Positions 19,363 to 29,598 of a stretch of 64,000 nucleotides of DNA are shown here, in pieces. Numbering within the stretch: the stretch's first letter is position 1; each line of letters begins with the position of its first letter. Location: positions 16,475 to 80,474 of the IMG/VR virus record IMGVR_UViG_3300031951_009873. One strand, given 5' to 3'. The stretch comes from a virus. The notes below the pieces were generated by a model. It had not been told where the DNA came from and did not search any database. It was given only the letters and a program-made list of their open reading frames with translations. The position numbers and the translations under genes were made by a program.

Positions 19363-20993
19363 TGTACATAATTGGAATATCGTGTTTCTATCACGATTCG
19401 TCTATTTGTTTGTTCAAGGATGGTGAATTGGTTTTTGCGTGTGAAGAAGAAAGGTTTACTGGCAAAAAACACGATTCGTCGTTCCCCCACAACGGATTGC
19501 GTTACATATTAGACACGTACAAGATACGTTTAGATGAAATAGAAAAGTTTTGCTTCTACGAAACCCCAGCACTAAAGCTGGGCAGAATAGTCAAAAACTA
19601 CATCCGACATCCTATTTCGTCGTTTTCATTTACTAAACAATCCTTGATAAACTGGTATAAGAATGCCCAAACTCTACGAAAAGAGGTTGGGAATAATGTC
19701 TATTACCAGCCACATCATCATTCCCATCTATATTATTCGTACTATACATCTATGTTCAAAGATGCAGTAGTTGTATCGGTCGATGGTGTGGGGGAAACAG
19801 ATACCGCAACCGTAGCGATTGTCAAAGACGGTAAATTTACATTCAAACCACTAATGAAATACCCACAGTCATTGGGACTATTTTACTCTGCGATGACTTC
19901 GTTCTTAGGGTTCAAACCCAACAACGGCGAATATAAGTTGATGGGGCTAGCTGGGTTTGGTAATCCTCACATATACTACGACAGAGTTAGTAGTTTAAGT
20001 ATGAAACACTTTGTATGGGACAAGTCTAATGAAGTAATGTTCAATGAGAACTTATCAAAGGAATTAGGAATCCCAAATAGACTCCCAGAAGAAGAAATAT
20101 TACAAGTCCATAAAGATATTGCCGCAGCAACTCAACTGGTATACGAACATAATTTGTTCTCGTTGTTAGACCAAGTAGCCAAAGAAACCGATATCAGAAA
20201 CTTGTGCCTCGGTGGTGGATGTGCATACAACGGGGTGGCTAACGGTAAAATAAAGAACATCACTCCGTTTACAGAATTATGGATACCACCCGCTCCATCT
20301 GATGCTGGGTCGTCTGTTGGTGCCGTACTAGGATATTTACGACACCAAAATGGATTTGAACATCGGGTAAAAGAAACCCCGTTCCTAGGACCAGAATATT
20401 CTGACGAAGATATTATCAACCAACTACCAGGAGTAAAGCTAAAGAAAGTCAGTGATAGTAAATTATACGAACTGGTTTCCCAAGAATTACAGAAGGGGAA
20501 AGTAGTTGGGTGGCTCAGAGGTAAGTCTGAATTCGGTGCAAGAGCATTAGGGCATCGGTCAATCCTAGCAAACCCATTCATCGATGGAACCAGAGATAAG
20601 GTAAACAGTATCATTAAGAAGAGAGAAGGGTTTCGTCCGTTTGCACCTATGGTCCGCTATGATATTCAATCTGAATATTTTCACGAAGAGGACTATGTTC
20701 CGTATATGAACCAAGTGGTTAATGTCAAGGAAGAACATCGAAACTTATTGAAAGAAGTGTCAAATGTCGATGGTACGGCTAGAATACAGAGTGTGAAACG
20801 GGCTGAGAACCCTACCATCCATAAGTTACTTACGAAGTTCTCAGAAGTATCGGGTAATCCACCCATCCTATTGAATACATCATTTAATGTTCGGGGTCAA
20901 ACGATGGTCTTGACACCACGCATGGCATATGATACATTTATAAGTACCGATATTGGCGTACTAGTATTAAATAATTTTATTATAATAAAGTGA
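19359..20993 (+). CDS. O-carbamoyltransferase (NodU/CmcH/TobZ family)
   Basis: YHDSS, EEERF..KHD, HHHSH, VDGVGE, GGCAYN, DAG, EFGARALGHRSILA, KREGFRPFAP, LNTSFN. Confidence 0.95.
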   Translation: MMYIIGISCFYHDSSICLFKDGELVFACEEERFTGKKHDSSFPHNGLRYILDTYKIRLDEIEKFCFYETPALKLGRIVKNYIRHPISSFSFTKQSLINWYKNAQTLRKEVGNNVYYQPHHHSHLYYSYYTSMFKDAVVVSVDGVGETDTATVAIVKDGKFTFKPLMKYPQSLGLFYSAMTSFLGFKPNNGEYKLMGLAGFGNPHIYYDRVSSLSMKHFVWDKSNEVMFNENLSKELGIPNRLPEEEILQVHKDIAAATQLVYEHNLFSLLDQVAKETDIRNLCLGGGCAYNGVANGKIKNITPFTELWIPPAPSDAGSSVGAVLGYLRHQNGFEHRVKETPFLGPEYSDEDIINQLPGVKLKKVSDSKLYELVSQELQKGKVVGWLRGKSEFGARALGHRSILANPFIDGTRDKVNSIIKKREGFRPFAPMVRYDIQSEYFHEEDYVPYMNQVVNVKEEHRNLLKEVSNVDGTARIQSVKRAENPTIHKLLTKFSEVSGNPPILLNTSFNVRGQTMVLTPRMAYDTFISTDIGVLVLNNFIIIK

Positions 20994-21002
20994 GGAAGTG
21001 TT

Positions 21003-21407
21003 ATGAGTGAAAGAAAGTATTTGCCCACCTTAGCAGAGCTTGTGGATAGACTATCTATTTCGCAGCTGAAAGAAGTATTCATCCCACAACATAAGGGTGA
21101 GTATTCACAAGAAATTAAAGATATTGTTCACGATATTCAACTAGTACTGGACGAACAGCAAGGTGCGATTACCGCCGAAACTATTCGTGCTATTGTAGTA
21201 TTGGCACAGATGAATCTACACATTTGGCATAACGAATCAAACTATCGTAAGGGTATCAAGGAGGGTAACAATCTTGAACTTACCCACGGTATCAATGGTA
21301 TTCGTAACACCGCCAAGAACAAGATTCAAGAAATCGTTGGTGGTCGGAAGGACTACAAGATTGATTGTTTAGCGGCTGAATTTAAAGATTGGGAAATTAG
21401 CTGGTAA
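21003..21407 (+). CDS. Conserved helical hypothetical protein
   Basis: LAELVDRLSI.QLK N-terminal motif; GAGG RBS; packed in the operon. Confidence 0.6.
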   Translation: MSERKYLPTLAELVDRLSISQLKEVFIPQHKGEYSQEIKDIVHDIQLVLDEQQGAITAETIRAIVVLAQMNLHIWHNESNYRKGIKEGNNLELTHGINGIRNTAKNKIQEIVGGRKDYKIDCLAAEFKDWEISW

Positions 21408-21408
21408 C

Positions 21409-22365
21409 ATGAAGAAATATAAATATTTGGTAGTGTGTGGATGTTCGTTATCATACGGTCAGCACTGTCCTGCCAATCAAACTTATGCGAAATTATTAGC
21501 AGATAAGTTAGGACTGACACTAATAAATTTGTCTACTCCAGCTACTGGTTGGTACTCGGTGGAAACAAATATAACATCATTTATACAAAATAACAAAAGT
21601 ATACTTGATGAATGTTTTTTCATACTACAAAAATCAATGTTGGATAGGCGAGTGAACTACGAAGAGGTTTCTACATGTAGAACAGATGTGTGGGAAAAAT
21701 GGAACATAAAGTATATGTCACCTATCAATGTGTTATTTCATGGATTTAATGATTGGTATACATATTTTGGACAAGACAAAGCAAGGATATATACTACCAA
21801 AGATGTATCTATGTCTGAATTAGCAATATCAATTTTTCCAGAGCATAAGCGTTCTATAGACCGACATAATCAAGGTTCATTTTACTGGAAATTGCAAGAA
21901 GGCATGTTAGATGTACAAGCAGTTTTTGAGGAAATCATGTTACATTGGGCTATGCGAATAAATTCGTTTCACTTGTTCCTTAAAAATTTAAATCTTGACC
22001 ATATAATTGTTGATGGGTATTCTCCATTTTTGTCATATAAATTAAATTTTACAAATTATTATGATACCGACGATGATTACGAAATGGTAAAAAGATTCTG
22101 GTCAACCCAACCAACCACCACTCACGCAAATACTGACTTTATTTTTGATTTTAAAAATATAAAAGCAGGATGGATATTTGATTCTATAGATACAAAATAT
22201 AAGATAGATGACGTAGTACTTTGGGGATTGTATTTATTCAAGCAAATAGGAACAGCTTGGAATATCGATGGAGGTCATGCTGGACCGCTGGGCATGCAAC
22301 TGATAGCAAATACGATATATAAGAATCTATTGAATAAAGGTTGGTTTTTGCCGGAGAATACATGA
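21409..22365 (+). CDS. SGNH hydrolase-like protein, paralogue 6
   Basis: CGCSLSYG ... DGGHAG..G. Confidence 0.6.
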   Translation: MKKYKYLVVCGCSLSYGQHCPANQTYAKLLADKLGLTLINLSTPATGWYSVETNITSFIQNNKSILDECFFILQKSMLDRRVNYEEVSTCRTDVWEKWNIKYMSPINVLFHGFNDWYTYFGQDKARIYTTKDVSMSELAISIFPEHKRSIDRHNQGSFYWKLQEGMLDVQAVFEEIMLHWAMRINSFHLFLKNLNLDHIIVDGYSPFLSYKLNFTNYYDTDDDYEMVKRFWSTQPTTTHANTDFIFDFKNIKAGWIFDSIDTKYKIDDVVLWGLYLFKQIGTAWNIDGGHAGPLGMQLIANTIYKNLLNKGWFLPENT

Positions 22366-23087
22366 AGAAAAAATTATTAATAGGAGGATGTTCCTTCTCA
22401 CAGTATCAAGGCCCTCCAACAGAAAGTCGTAAACCAAAATGGAAGCCGTGGACGGATTTTTTGATGGACGAATTTGAAGAAAAATTTAAAATCATAAACC
22501 GTGCGCAGAGTTCATTTGGCCAAGGTATGATTGCGCAATCTATTGTCGAAGAATTAATAAGATACAATTTTGAAGTTGATTATGTAATAATACAATGGTC
22601 AGCTATAGGTAGGTCTTATTCATTGAATAAAAAAGATTTCATCGATAGAGTAGTTCAGCATGGAGAATTACAATTCGCACCACATATGGAGGAGTACGTT
22701 ACTGGTAAGCCAGAAGGGCAGGTAACAGGTAACAATCCTCTTATGGATGTGATAAATGAAACTTCTTCACATTTTTATACAGCATCTCTAATAAAAATAT
22801 TGATGACGAAGGCACTATTGGAAAACAAAAAGATTCCATACATAATGTTCTGGGGATGGCAGCAAATTACTACGGAAATTGAATACGAAAATAAAAAGAT
22901 AATAGATTCAATTTATGATGAAAATTTTTGGAGATTTAATGATAATGGTGGAATGAACGAGTACATAGTATCTAATTTAGGAAAAGAGATAGGATTGGTG
23001 GGTAAAGGTGATTTTCATCCATCTACCACTGGGCAAAAGTTTTTTTATGATAATATAGTTAAGTCTTGGAAGTTTTTATGGGAGTAA
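22362..23087 (+). CDS. SGNH hydrolase-like protein, paralogue 7
   Basis: GGCSFS, QWS...R, DFHPS..G. Confidence 0.65.
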   Translation: MKKKLLIGGCSFSQYQGPPTESRKPKWKPWTDFLMDEFEEKFKIINRAQSSFGQGMIAQSIVEELIRYNFEVDYVIIQWSAIGRSYSLNKKDFIDRVVQHGELQFAPHMEEYVTGKPEGQVTGNNPLMDVINETSSHFYTASLIKILMTKALLENKKIPYIMFWGWQQITTEIEYENKKIIDSIYDENFWRFNDNGGMNEYIVSNLGKEIGLVGKGDFHPSTTGQKFFYDNIVKSWKFLWE

Positions 23088-23287
23088 TAGAAACTAAGAA
23101 AAGAACTATGTTTAAAACTATTAGTTGGAGATTGGTTGCGATATTAAATTCATTTTTAATTTTAACTATGAACCTAACTACAAACAATTTACTCAATGCG
23201 ATATACATGAATATTACTGGGTTTTTTGTTTTCTATTTTTTTGAAAGAGTTTGGGCCAATATACAATATGGGAGATACATAGAGTGA
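23078..23287 (+). CDS. DUF2061-like small membrane protein
   Basis: ETKKRT.FKTISWR ... YFFERVW..I.YG; two hydrophobic segments. Confidence 0.8.
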   Translation: MGVIETKKRTMFKTISWRLVAILNSFLILTMNLTTNNLLNAIYMNITGFFVFYFFERVWANIQYGRYIE

Positions 23288-24483
23288 TATATGTTTTGGA
23301 TATAGATGGTTGGCCGTTCGATTCACAGTGGCCCAGTAATAAGGAACCATTTCAATATGTAACATTAGAATACTTTATTAAAGATTTTTTGTTTAAAGGG
23401 AAACAAATTGCGGTACATAAAATAGAAGGCAATAACAAAATTTCCCCAGAGGCTGTAGATAAAATACTGACAGAAAATACAGATATTAAAGTATTTGCCT
23501 GTAATTTAGATGCATTTGAAGACAAGCAGTCATTATTATTATATGATGAACAACTTTGTCAAAAATATCCGAACGTATTTTTTATATTTTTTTACCACGA
23601 ATTAGATTTTACATTTTTAGTAGACTCGACTAGCAAAGGTATAAAAAATATAAGTTATGTCGTTAATTCGTTCACTACAAATGATTATGAAGAACTTAAT
23701 AAAAAGATATTTCCATACTATGTTATAAATTCCTACCTACAGAAAAATTATGAATCGATGTACAGAATGTACCATCCGAACTATAATCTAAGAAAAATTA
23801 AGAAATTTAATTTTCTAAATGGCATACATAAACCGCATAGATTAGCTGCGTACGAATTGATAAAAACGCATAATATGTTAGATGATGGTTTCTTTTCTTA
23901 TTTAGATTACACAAAATTTTTAAAGAATGACCAACACAAAGAAACAACAGCTAACTGGTTGGACATAACCATAGAAGAACTAGAAACCAGATTATCTAAC
24001 CTTGAAGTTCCTTATTTGTTAGAAACATACGAACCAAAGAACCAACCTGGGGTATTTGCTGCACCGTTCTTAATTCCCTTTATATATTCTTGGCAAAGTT
24101 ATATTTCGATTACATCTGAAACAAATTATATAGAACGTACAAACGTGGTATCCTTATCAGAAAAATCATTTAAAGCATTCGCTGGGTTTAATATTCCATT
24201 GATATATGGACAACCCAATCTAGTTGAATATTTAAAAAAGTTAGGATTTGATATGTTCGATGATTTATTTGATAACACTGTTGTAAACAGCAAAGCAGAA
24301 ACATTAAGTAAACTGGATAGAAATTTACAAGTTATTAAAAATATGTCGTTAGAAGAATTACACAATTTCTATGTAAAAAATTACAATAGGGTACAAAATA
24401 ATTTTTATAATCTAATTTACAAAATAAAAGATAGACACTTTAACCAAATTCAACAAAATGTTAATGAAATATTCAATAAGTGA
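23284..24483 (+). CDS. GT10-like putative glycosyltransferase, paralogue 5
   Basis: FNFLNG..KPHR, ITSETN..LSEKSFKAF...PLIYG..GFDMFDD. Probable GTG start at 23284. Confidence 0.6.
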   Translation: MIYVLDIDGWPFDSQWPSNKEPFQYVTLEYFIKDFLFKGKQIAVHKIEGNNKISPEAVDKILTENTDIKVFACNLDAFEDKQSLLLYDEQLCQKYPNVFFIFFYHELDFTFLVDSTSKGIKNISYVVNSFTTNDYEELNKKIFPYYVINSYLQKNYESMYRMYHPNYNLRKIKKFNFLNGIHKPHRLAAYELIKTHNMLDDGFFSYLDYTKFLKNDQHKETTANWLDITIEELETRLSNLEVPYLLETYEPKNQPGVFAAPFLIPFIYSWQSYISITSETNYIERTNVVSLSEKSFKAFAGFNIPLIYGQPNLVEYLKKLGFDMFDDLFDNTVVNSKAETLSKLDRNLQVIKNMSLEELHNFYVKNYNRVQNNFYNLIYKIKDRHFNQIQQNVNEIFNK

Positions 24484-25090
24484 TTCGTGGGACTGGGTTA
24501 CACATTTTGAAAATACTATAGCAGAGTATTGTGGGTCACGGTATGCAGTTGCGTGTGATTCCAACACCAATGCAATACGACTTGTATTACACTATCTGGG
24601 TATACAAAATCAACGCATACATATTCCGGCGAGAACATATGTGTCTGTACCGAACCAAATTATACTATCAGGAAATACACCAGTATTCGTAGATATTGAT
24701 TGGCAAGGGTTGTACAATATTGGAAATACTTCTATTGTTGATGCGGCTACCGCATTTTATAAGGGAATGTACCAAGAAAAGTATACCATATTATCTTTTC
24801 ATCTTAAGAAAATTTTGAACATCGGAACGGGTGGTATGATTCTGACCAACGATAAAGAGTTTGAACAATGGGCACGCCCTATGATTTATGATGGTAGACA
24901 TAAGAACAAAATGTACGTTGATGACCAATTTGAGTGTGTAGGTTGGCATATGTATATGACTCCAGAACAAGCCAAGCGTGGATTAGAAATATTTCATTCC
25001 GACAAAATTAAAGATTGGAACTCTCCGTGTGGTGGAAGTTGGTTATACAAAGATTTACGAGAACAAAATGTTTTTAAGAGTTACGTATGA
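24464..25090 (+). CDS. Short DegT/DnrJ/EryC1/StrS-family PLP aminotransferase
   Basis: FE..IAEYCG..YAVA..S.T.A, P..TY.S, VDAA, SFHLKK (PLP Lys), GGMILTND; only ~208 aa. Confidence 0.8.
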   Translation: MKYSISDSWDWVTHFENTIAEYCGSRYAVACDSNTNAIRLVLHYLGIQNQRIHIPARTYVSVPNQIILSGNTPVFVDIDWQGLYNIGNTSIVDAATAFYKGMYQEKYTILSFHLKKILNIGTGGMILTNDKEFEQWARPMIYDGRHKNKMYVDDQFECVGWHMYMTPEQAKRGLEIFHSDKIKDWNSPCGGSWLYKDLREQNVFKSYV

Positions 25091-25434
25091 CAAATTTAGT
25101 TTATTTTTTCTATTCTCTGGGATTATTTATTTTAGGTTCATTTGGTCACTGGTATATTATGTATTGGCAATTTAAGAATCCTAATTGGATTAAAATGCCG
25201 ACGCCATACATACTAGCAGCAGCGTCCGCATTTTTCTGGATTTCCGCATCTCATTACGGGGTTAAAGCATTCAACGGTGAGATGTGGTCAAACAGATTTT
25301 TGTTTTTCGTTACTGGTATAATGGTAGCAGCAATACTTTATCCTTATCATTTTAATCAACCATTTACAGGAAAGACGTTTGTACAACTACTTCTTTCACT
25401 AACCATAATTCTTGTAAGTTTACTTTGGAAATAA
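25087..25434 (+). CDS. Small multi-pass membrane protein
   Basis: About four hydrophobic helices in 115 aa. Confidence 0.6.
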   Translation: MTNLVYFFYSLGLFILGSFGHWYIMYWQFKNPNWIKMPTPYILAAASAFFWISASHYGVKAFNGEMWSNRFLFFVTGIMVAAILYPYHFNQPFTGKTFVQLLLSLTIILVSLLWK

Positions 25435-25435
25435 T

Positions 25436-26140
25436 ATGAAACAAAAACTATTTCATTATGGGTGTTCGTTCACAGAAAACATTCGTTCATTTAAACTACA
25501 TAACTTGTTTACGGACAAGTATGATTATCATAATCACGGTTTAGCTAGTTCCGGTAACGGATTGATTTTTGATACTTTTAAGAAAACCGCAGAATCAGAT
25601 TCTATAGCTATTTTACAGTGGTCATCTCTTACTCGTCCTCGGGATGAAAATTATAAAATATTAGAAACGTCTGATAATCCATTGTATGATTATTTGGAAG
25701 AATGGTATGGTACCTTATCCGAAGCAAGAGAATTTTCCAATAAAAATAATATAAAACTAGTACAGTATATTGGATGGGCTGAGTGGAAGGACTCTGAGTT
25801 AAACGATTATCATAGAAATAAACTTCAATCGTTTGGTATACATTGGTTTAAGTCTAAAAAGCAGTGGGACATAATTGCATCAAATTGTTTTCAATTTGAG
25901 GATCCTTACGAATGGAGTTCTCCTCCCAGACAGTTACCAGATGGAGAATATTTCCTTTGGTCAGATATAGAATGGGGCGGCATGAGTGAATGGATTAGAT
26001 CAAATATAGAGATACACGATAGATATAGGGGATGGACGGATGACACAGTTGCGGGAACCACATATTATGACCCGCACCCATCGGAGTATGCTAGTATTCA
26101 GTTTATAAAGGAATTTTTATTAAAAACATTGGAAATGTAA
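25436..26140 (+). CDS. SGNH hydrolase-like protein, paralogue 8
   Basis: YGCSFTE, SSGN, QWS.L.R, DPHPS. Confidence 0.65.
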   Translation: MKQKLFHYGCSFTENIRSFKLHNLFTDKYDYHNHGLASSGNGLIFDTFKKTAESDSIAILQWSSLTRPRDENYKILETSDNPLYDYLEEWYGTLSEAREFSNKNNIKLVQYIGWAEWKDSELNDYHRNKLQSFGIHWFKSKKQWDIIASNCFQFEDPYEWSSPPRQLPDGEYFLWSDIEWGGMSEWIRSNIEIHDRYRGWTDDTVAGTTYYDPHPSEYASIQFIKEFLLKTLEM

Positions 26141-26141
26141 G

Positions 26142-26939
26142 ATGAAAACTATACTTTCTATTGGTTGTTCTTATGCTCTTGATTTAAATCAACACTATAA
26201 AAAAACTAGTACGCTTAGATTTTCATATGATGGTGCCTCGATAGAAACAATACTGGAAATGGTTAAGTATTTAGAAAGTACGGAAGAGCACTCAACTGAA
26301 AATTGGGTTGTGGGTATAACTCAAATAGGTAGATTGAATAAACAAATTCCAAAAGGATTAGAATGGCAATCTCCAACATTAATAAAACCTAGAAATTTAT
26401 TTTTCGACAAAGACCATAAATGGTGTTTTTTCTCGGAAGGACAAGAAGAAAAAGAAATGTCCTCTAATTTTTCATCAGAGTGGTGGAAAACCGAACATAT
26501 CTCACACGTTTCCAAGCCAATAGAAGAACACATTAGAAATTATCTGAATGCTATTGTTGAAATACAAAATATTTTGAAAGATAAAAAATTTGTAATGTTT
26601 TTGATGAATAATACATTAGATGGTTGGGTTTATAAAAAAGATGGTAGATTATCACATATATATTCTGAATATAAAGGTTTCGACATACCAGAATTTAATG
26701 ACACATTCACATTAGAAAAGATATGTCCCAGAGAGTGGTCTAATATAGATTTTAGTAAATTTTGTTTGTATGAACACATGCAAAGTAAGTTTGGTGGGCT
26801 TGATGAATACACTATACACAAGTATGGAGTAAATCATTTTGGTACGTATCAATCGGCGGATAAAAATGTATTTGGACAACATCCTATACACGAAGCACAA
26901 TGGAATTTTTTCAATGAGGTCATAAAACACAGATTATGA
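26142..26939 (+). CDS. SGNH hydrolase-like protein, paralogue 9
   Basis: IGCSYA, GAS, TQ..R, GG..EY, GQHP. Confidence 0.55.
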   Translation: MKTILSIGCSYALDLNQHYKKTSTLRFSYDGASIETILEMVKYLESTEEHSTENWVVGITQIGRLNKQIPKGLEWQSPTLIKPRNLFFDKDHKWCFFSEGQEEKEMSSNFSSEWWKTEHISHVSKPIEEHIRNYLNAIVEIQNILKDKKFVMFLMNNTLDGWVYKKDGRLSHIYSEYKGFDIPEFNDTFTLEKICPREWSNIDFSKFCLYEHMQSKFGGLDEYTIHKYGVNHFGTYQSADKNVFGQHPIHEAQWNFFNEVIKHRL

Positions 26940-27721
26940 TAAATAAAAAAACAGAATGGGATTTTAATAAATCCGAATATGGATTTGGCAGAACTAAAAT
27001 TGATAATTTCTTGGACGAAAACACCGTTCGGGCTTTATATGAAGAATGTGTAAACGCACCAAAGGGCGGATGGACTGTGTTTACTCGCGCGGGTTCTCGT
27101 ATGGAAGAGTTTAACGACTTGATTTCTTTACCGACCGCACACAGGATTACATATGATATTATGCACTCCGGTGAGTTCTTATATGAACTAGAACAAATGA
27201 CTGGTATCGTTGGATTACTACCAGACCCACATTTAGTTGGTTCGGGATATTCGATTATCAGAAATGGTAACACACTTGGGTGCCATTACGACTTTAACTG
27301 GAATGACCGTATCCGATTACATAGAAAATTGACATCATTGTTGTACATTACCCCAGACTGGCAAGACGAATGGGGTGGACATATTCAATATTATGATGAT
27401 AATATAGATGTTAATCCGAACGCAAAACTAATTGAATCGGTGGCACCAAGATTTAATAGATTTGTTATCAACGAGAATATTAAGCACGGACCATATCACA
27501 GAGTAAGTGCGGTAAATGCACCAGATGATATTGGTCGGTGTGCTATCAGGTTCTTCTATTATATCAGTACTTCTGATCCAGATAAAGACAATCCACCACA
27601 CAGAAGTACTTATAAATCCAACGAATATTCACATCACAAGCTATATGAAGAAGAAACTTGGGATGGGCATTTCGTAGGAAATGGCGGGGAAGACTACGGA
27701 TATAACCACACGAATAAATAA
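26936..27721 (+). CDS. 2OG-Fe(II) oxygenase (prolyl-hydroxylase-like)
   Basis: LLPDPHLVG.G, HYDFN, LLYITPDW..EWGG, P.FNR, YHRV, R.AIRFFYY. Confidence 0.88.
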   Translation: MINKKTEWDFNKSEYGFGRTKIDNFLDENTVRALYEECVNAPKGGWTVFTRAGSRMEEFNDLISLPTAHRITYDIMHSGEFLYELEQMTGIVGLLPDPHLVGSGYSIIRNGNTLGCHYDFNWNDRIRLHRKLTSLLYITPDWQDEWGGHIQYYDDNIDVNPNAKLIESVAPRFNRFVINENIKHGPYHRVSAVNAPDDIGRCAIRFFYYISTSDPDKDNPPHRSTYKSNEYSHHKLYEEETWDGHFVGNGGEDYGYNHTNK

Positions 27722-28368
27722 TGTATTGTGTTTTCCACTTACCGAGAACAGGCTCAAGATATTTACACAGTTTAATTAATAGTAGCTTGTCATATCTTGA
27801 CCCAAGACACATAGGTACACATTTAGAACCATTCAATCCTGAGTTCAACACTTTAAATGATATTGAACATAAGTTTGAAGAGTTCACTAATAACGAACCA
27901 CCGACAACCGTGAAAATGGTTATCAATCATTATCCGTGGTTAGCGGATAAATTCATACAGCACCAAAAATACACTACGATTTTTATAAAACCTTTAAATT
28001 ATAGAAAACGTTTATTGAAAGCACTGGTAGAAAAACATTTCAGAACATACAGTAACGGAACGAATAGAAAGGATGTAAGAGAGCCATTTGTGGGTAAATT
28101 AAAGTTTTCTGATGAATTAATAGAAGAACGTTTTTTTCATTACAAACTTCATATGGAATATGAAACACGATGCGACTATGTTTTTTATGATGAGTATTTA
28201 TTCACGCATACAACTGACGTATTAACTAAATTGAATTTACCATTAGTTACTACAAGATATAAACGGGTGGCACCATACTATTCAGATGAAGATATGCTAG
28301 AAAATATTGATGAGTTCAACAAACAATACGATAAACTTAGTGTAAAAATTTTTGGATATGTTGTATGA
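27721..28368 (+). CDS. Sulfotransferase-like protein A
   Basis: 5'-PSB-like loop HLPRTGS.YL, EPFNP; paralogue of 28963-29598. Confidence 0.6.
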   Translation: MYCVFHLPRTGSRYLHSLINSSLSYLDPRHIGTHLEPFNPEFNTLNDIEHKFEEFTNNEPPTTVKMVINHYPWLADKFIQHQKYTTIFIKPLNYRKRLLKALVEKHFRTYSNGTNRKDVREPFVGKLKFSDELIEERFFHYKLHMEYETRCDYVFYDEYLFTHTTDVLTKLNLPLVTTRYKRVAPYYSDEDMLENIDEFNKQYDKLSVKIFGYVV

Positions 28369-28946
28369 TAACAAATGAATTGTTAAAAATAGAACGTATC
28401 AAACCTACTGATATGGTAGGTATAATGTTGTCTGGTGGAATGGATAGTGCATTATTATTATATCTACTAGCTAAAAATTTAACTAATCAAATAATTCCGT
28501 TCACTGTTCCAAAAACAGATGGTGCGAAACATTACGTCGTACCGATTGTTACGTGGGTAAATAATAAACTAAATAAAAACATACCAGAACCACAGTTGAT
28601 AGGAAATCCATCAGTATATCATTCTCAAATAATAAACCATTCTTTAAAGGAAATAGAAGAAATGTACGATGTTTTATACTTTGCAGGAAATTCATATCCA
28701 GAAAATATATTGCCTGGCGGACCCAATCGTACTAAAAGAACAAATTCCAAACATTTACAACCATTTTTTGAGTTATATAAAACAGATATCTTACGAGGAT
28801 ATATAACTTATGATATAATGGATTTAATATTACTAACTCATACGTGCACAGAATTAGAATATGGTAGATGTAATGTCTGTTGGCAATGCAAGGAAAGAGA
28901 ATGGGCCTTCAAAGAACTAGATATATTAGACAGAGGGATACAATGA
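28365..28946 (+). CDS. QueC-like PP-loop ATPase A
   Basis: MLSGGMDS; C-terminal THTC..RCNVCWQCKER Zn motif. Confidence 0.8.
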   Translation: MITNELLKIERIKPTDMVGIMLSGGMDSALLLYLLAKNLTNQIIPFTVPKTDGAKHYVVPIVTWVNNKLNKNIPEPQLIGNPSVYHSQIINHSLKEIEEMYDVLYFAGNSYPENILPGGPNRTKRTNSKHLQPFFELYKTDILRGYITYDIMDLILLTHTCTELEYGRCNVCWQCKEREWAFKELDILDRGIQ

Positions 28947-28962
28947 TAATAGAGATATTAAT

Positions 28963-29598
28963 ATGTATTGTATAGTTGCATTACCTAAAACTGCTTCTAC
29001 ACTTACATGGCACATAATTGATGACGCACTGAAACGAAATAATTTAAACTGTGATTACGGAGATATAGAACCATTTAATCCATATAATAAAAATTATACA
29101 CCTAGATTAGAAAACCAAGAAATTATTTATCAACGTTTGTTGATTAGTAAACCGTTACCATTGATAAAATTATTAACTAACTATAACTACAATATATTTA
29201 ATTGGTTTAATAATTCACCGTATCAATTGATTTTTTTAAAACCAAAAAACATTAGAAAACAAATACTTGGTTCATTAATAGGCAACGTGACAAAAAATTA
29301 TTTTGGTATAAGAGAAGAACGATTGGAGTTGAAAGGTAAGTTAAAATTTGAAAGATATAAAATAGAACAAAAAGTGTTCGCATACAAAAAACATATGAGA
29401 CTAGAACGATTCTGTAAATACAGTTTTTACGATACAGAAATCATAACCAATCCAAATTATTTATTAGAAACTTTAAAGTTACACAAAACAGAAACAGTAT
29501 ATAATAATTACACACTACCAATTATCAGCGATGATGATATGTTAGAAGATATTGATGAGTTTAATAAACTATATGAGGAGTGTATTAATACATTATGA
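28963..29598 (+). CDS. Sulfotransferase-like protein B
   Basis: LPKTAST, EPFNP, GKLKF, DDMLEDIDEFNK; colinear similarity to 27721-28368. Confidence 0.55.
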   Translation: MYCIVALPKTASTLTWHIIDDALKRNNLNCDYGDIEPFNPYNKNYTPRLENQEIIYQRLLISKPLPLIKLLTNYNYNIFNWFNNSPYQLIFLKPKNIRKQILGSLIGNVTKNYFGIREERLELKGKLKFERYKIEQKVFAYKKHMRLERFCKYSFYDTEIITNPNYLLETLKLHKTETVYNNYTLPIISDDDMLEDIDEFNKLYEECINTL

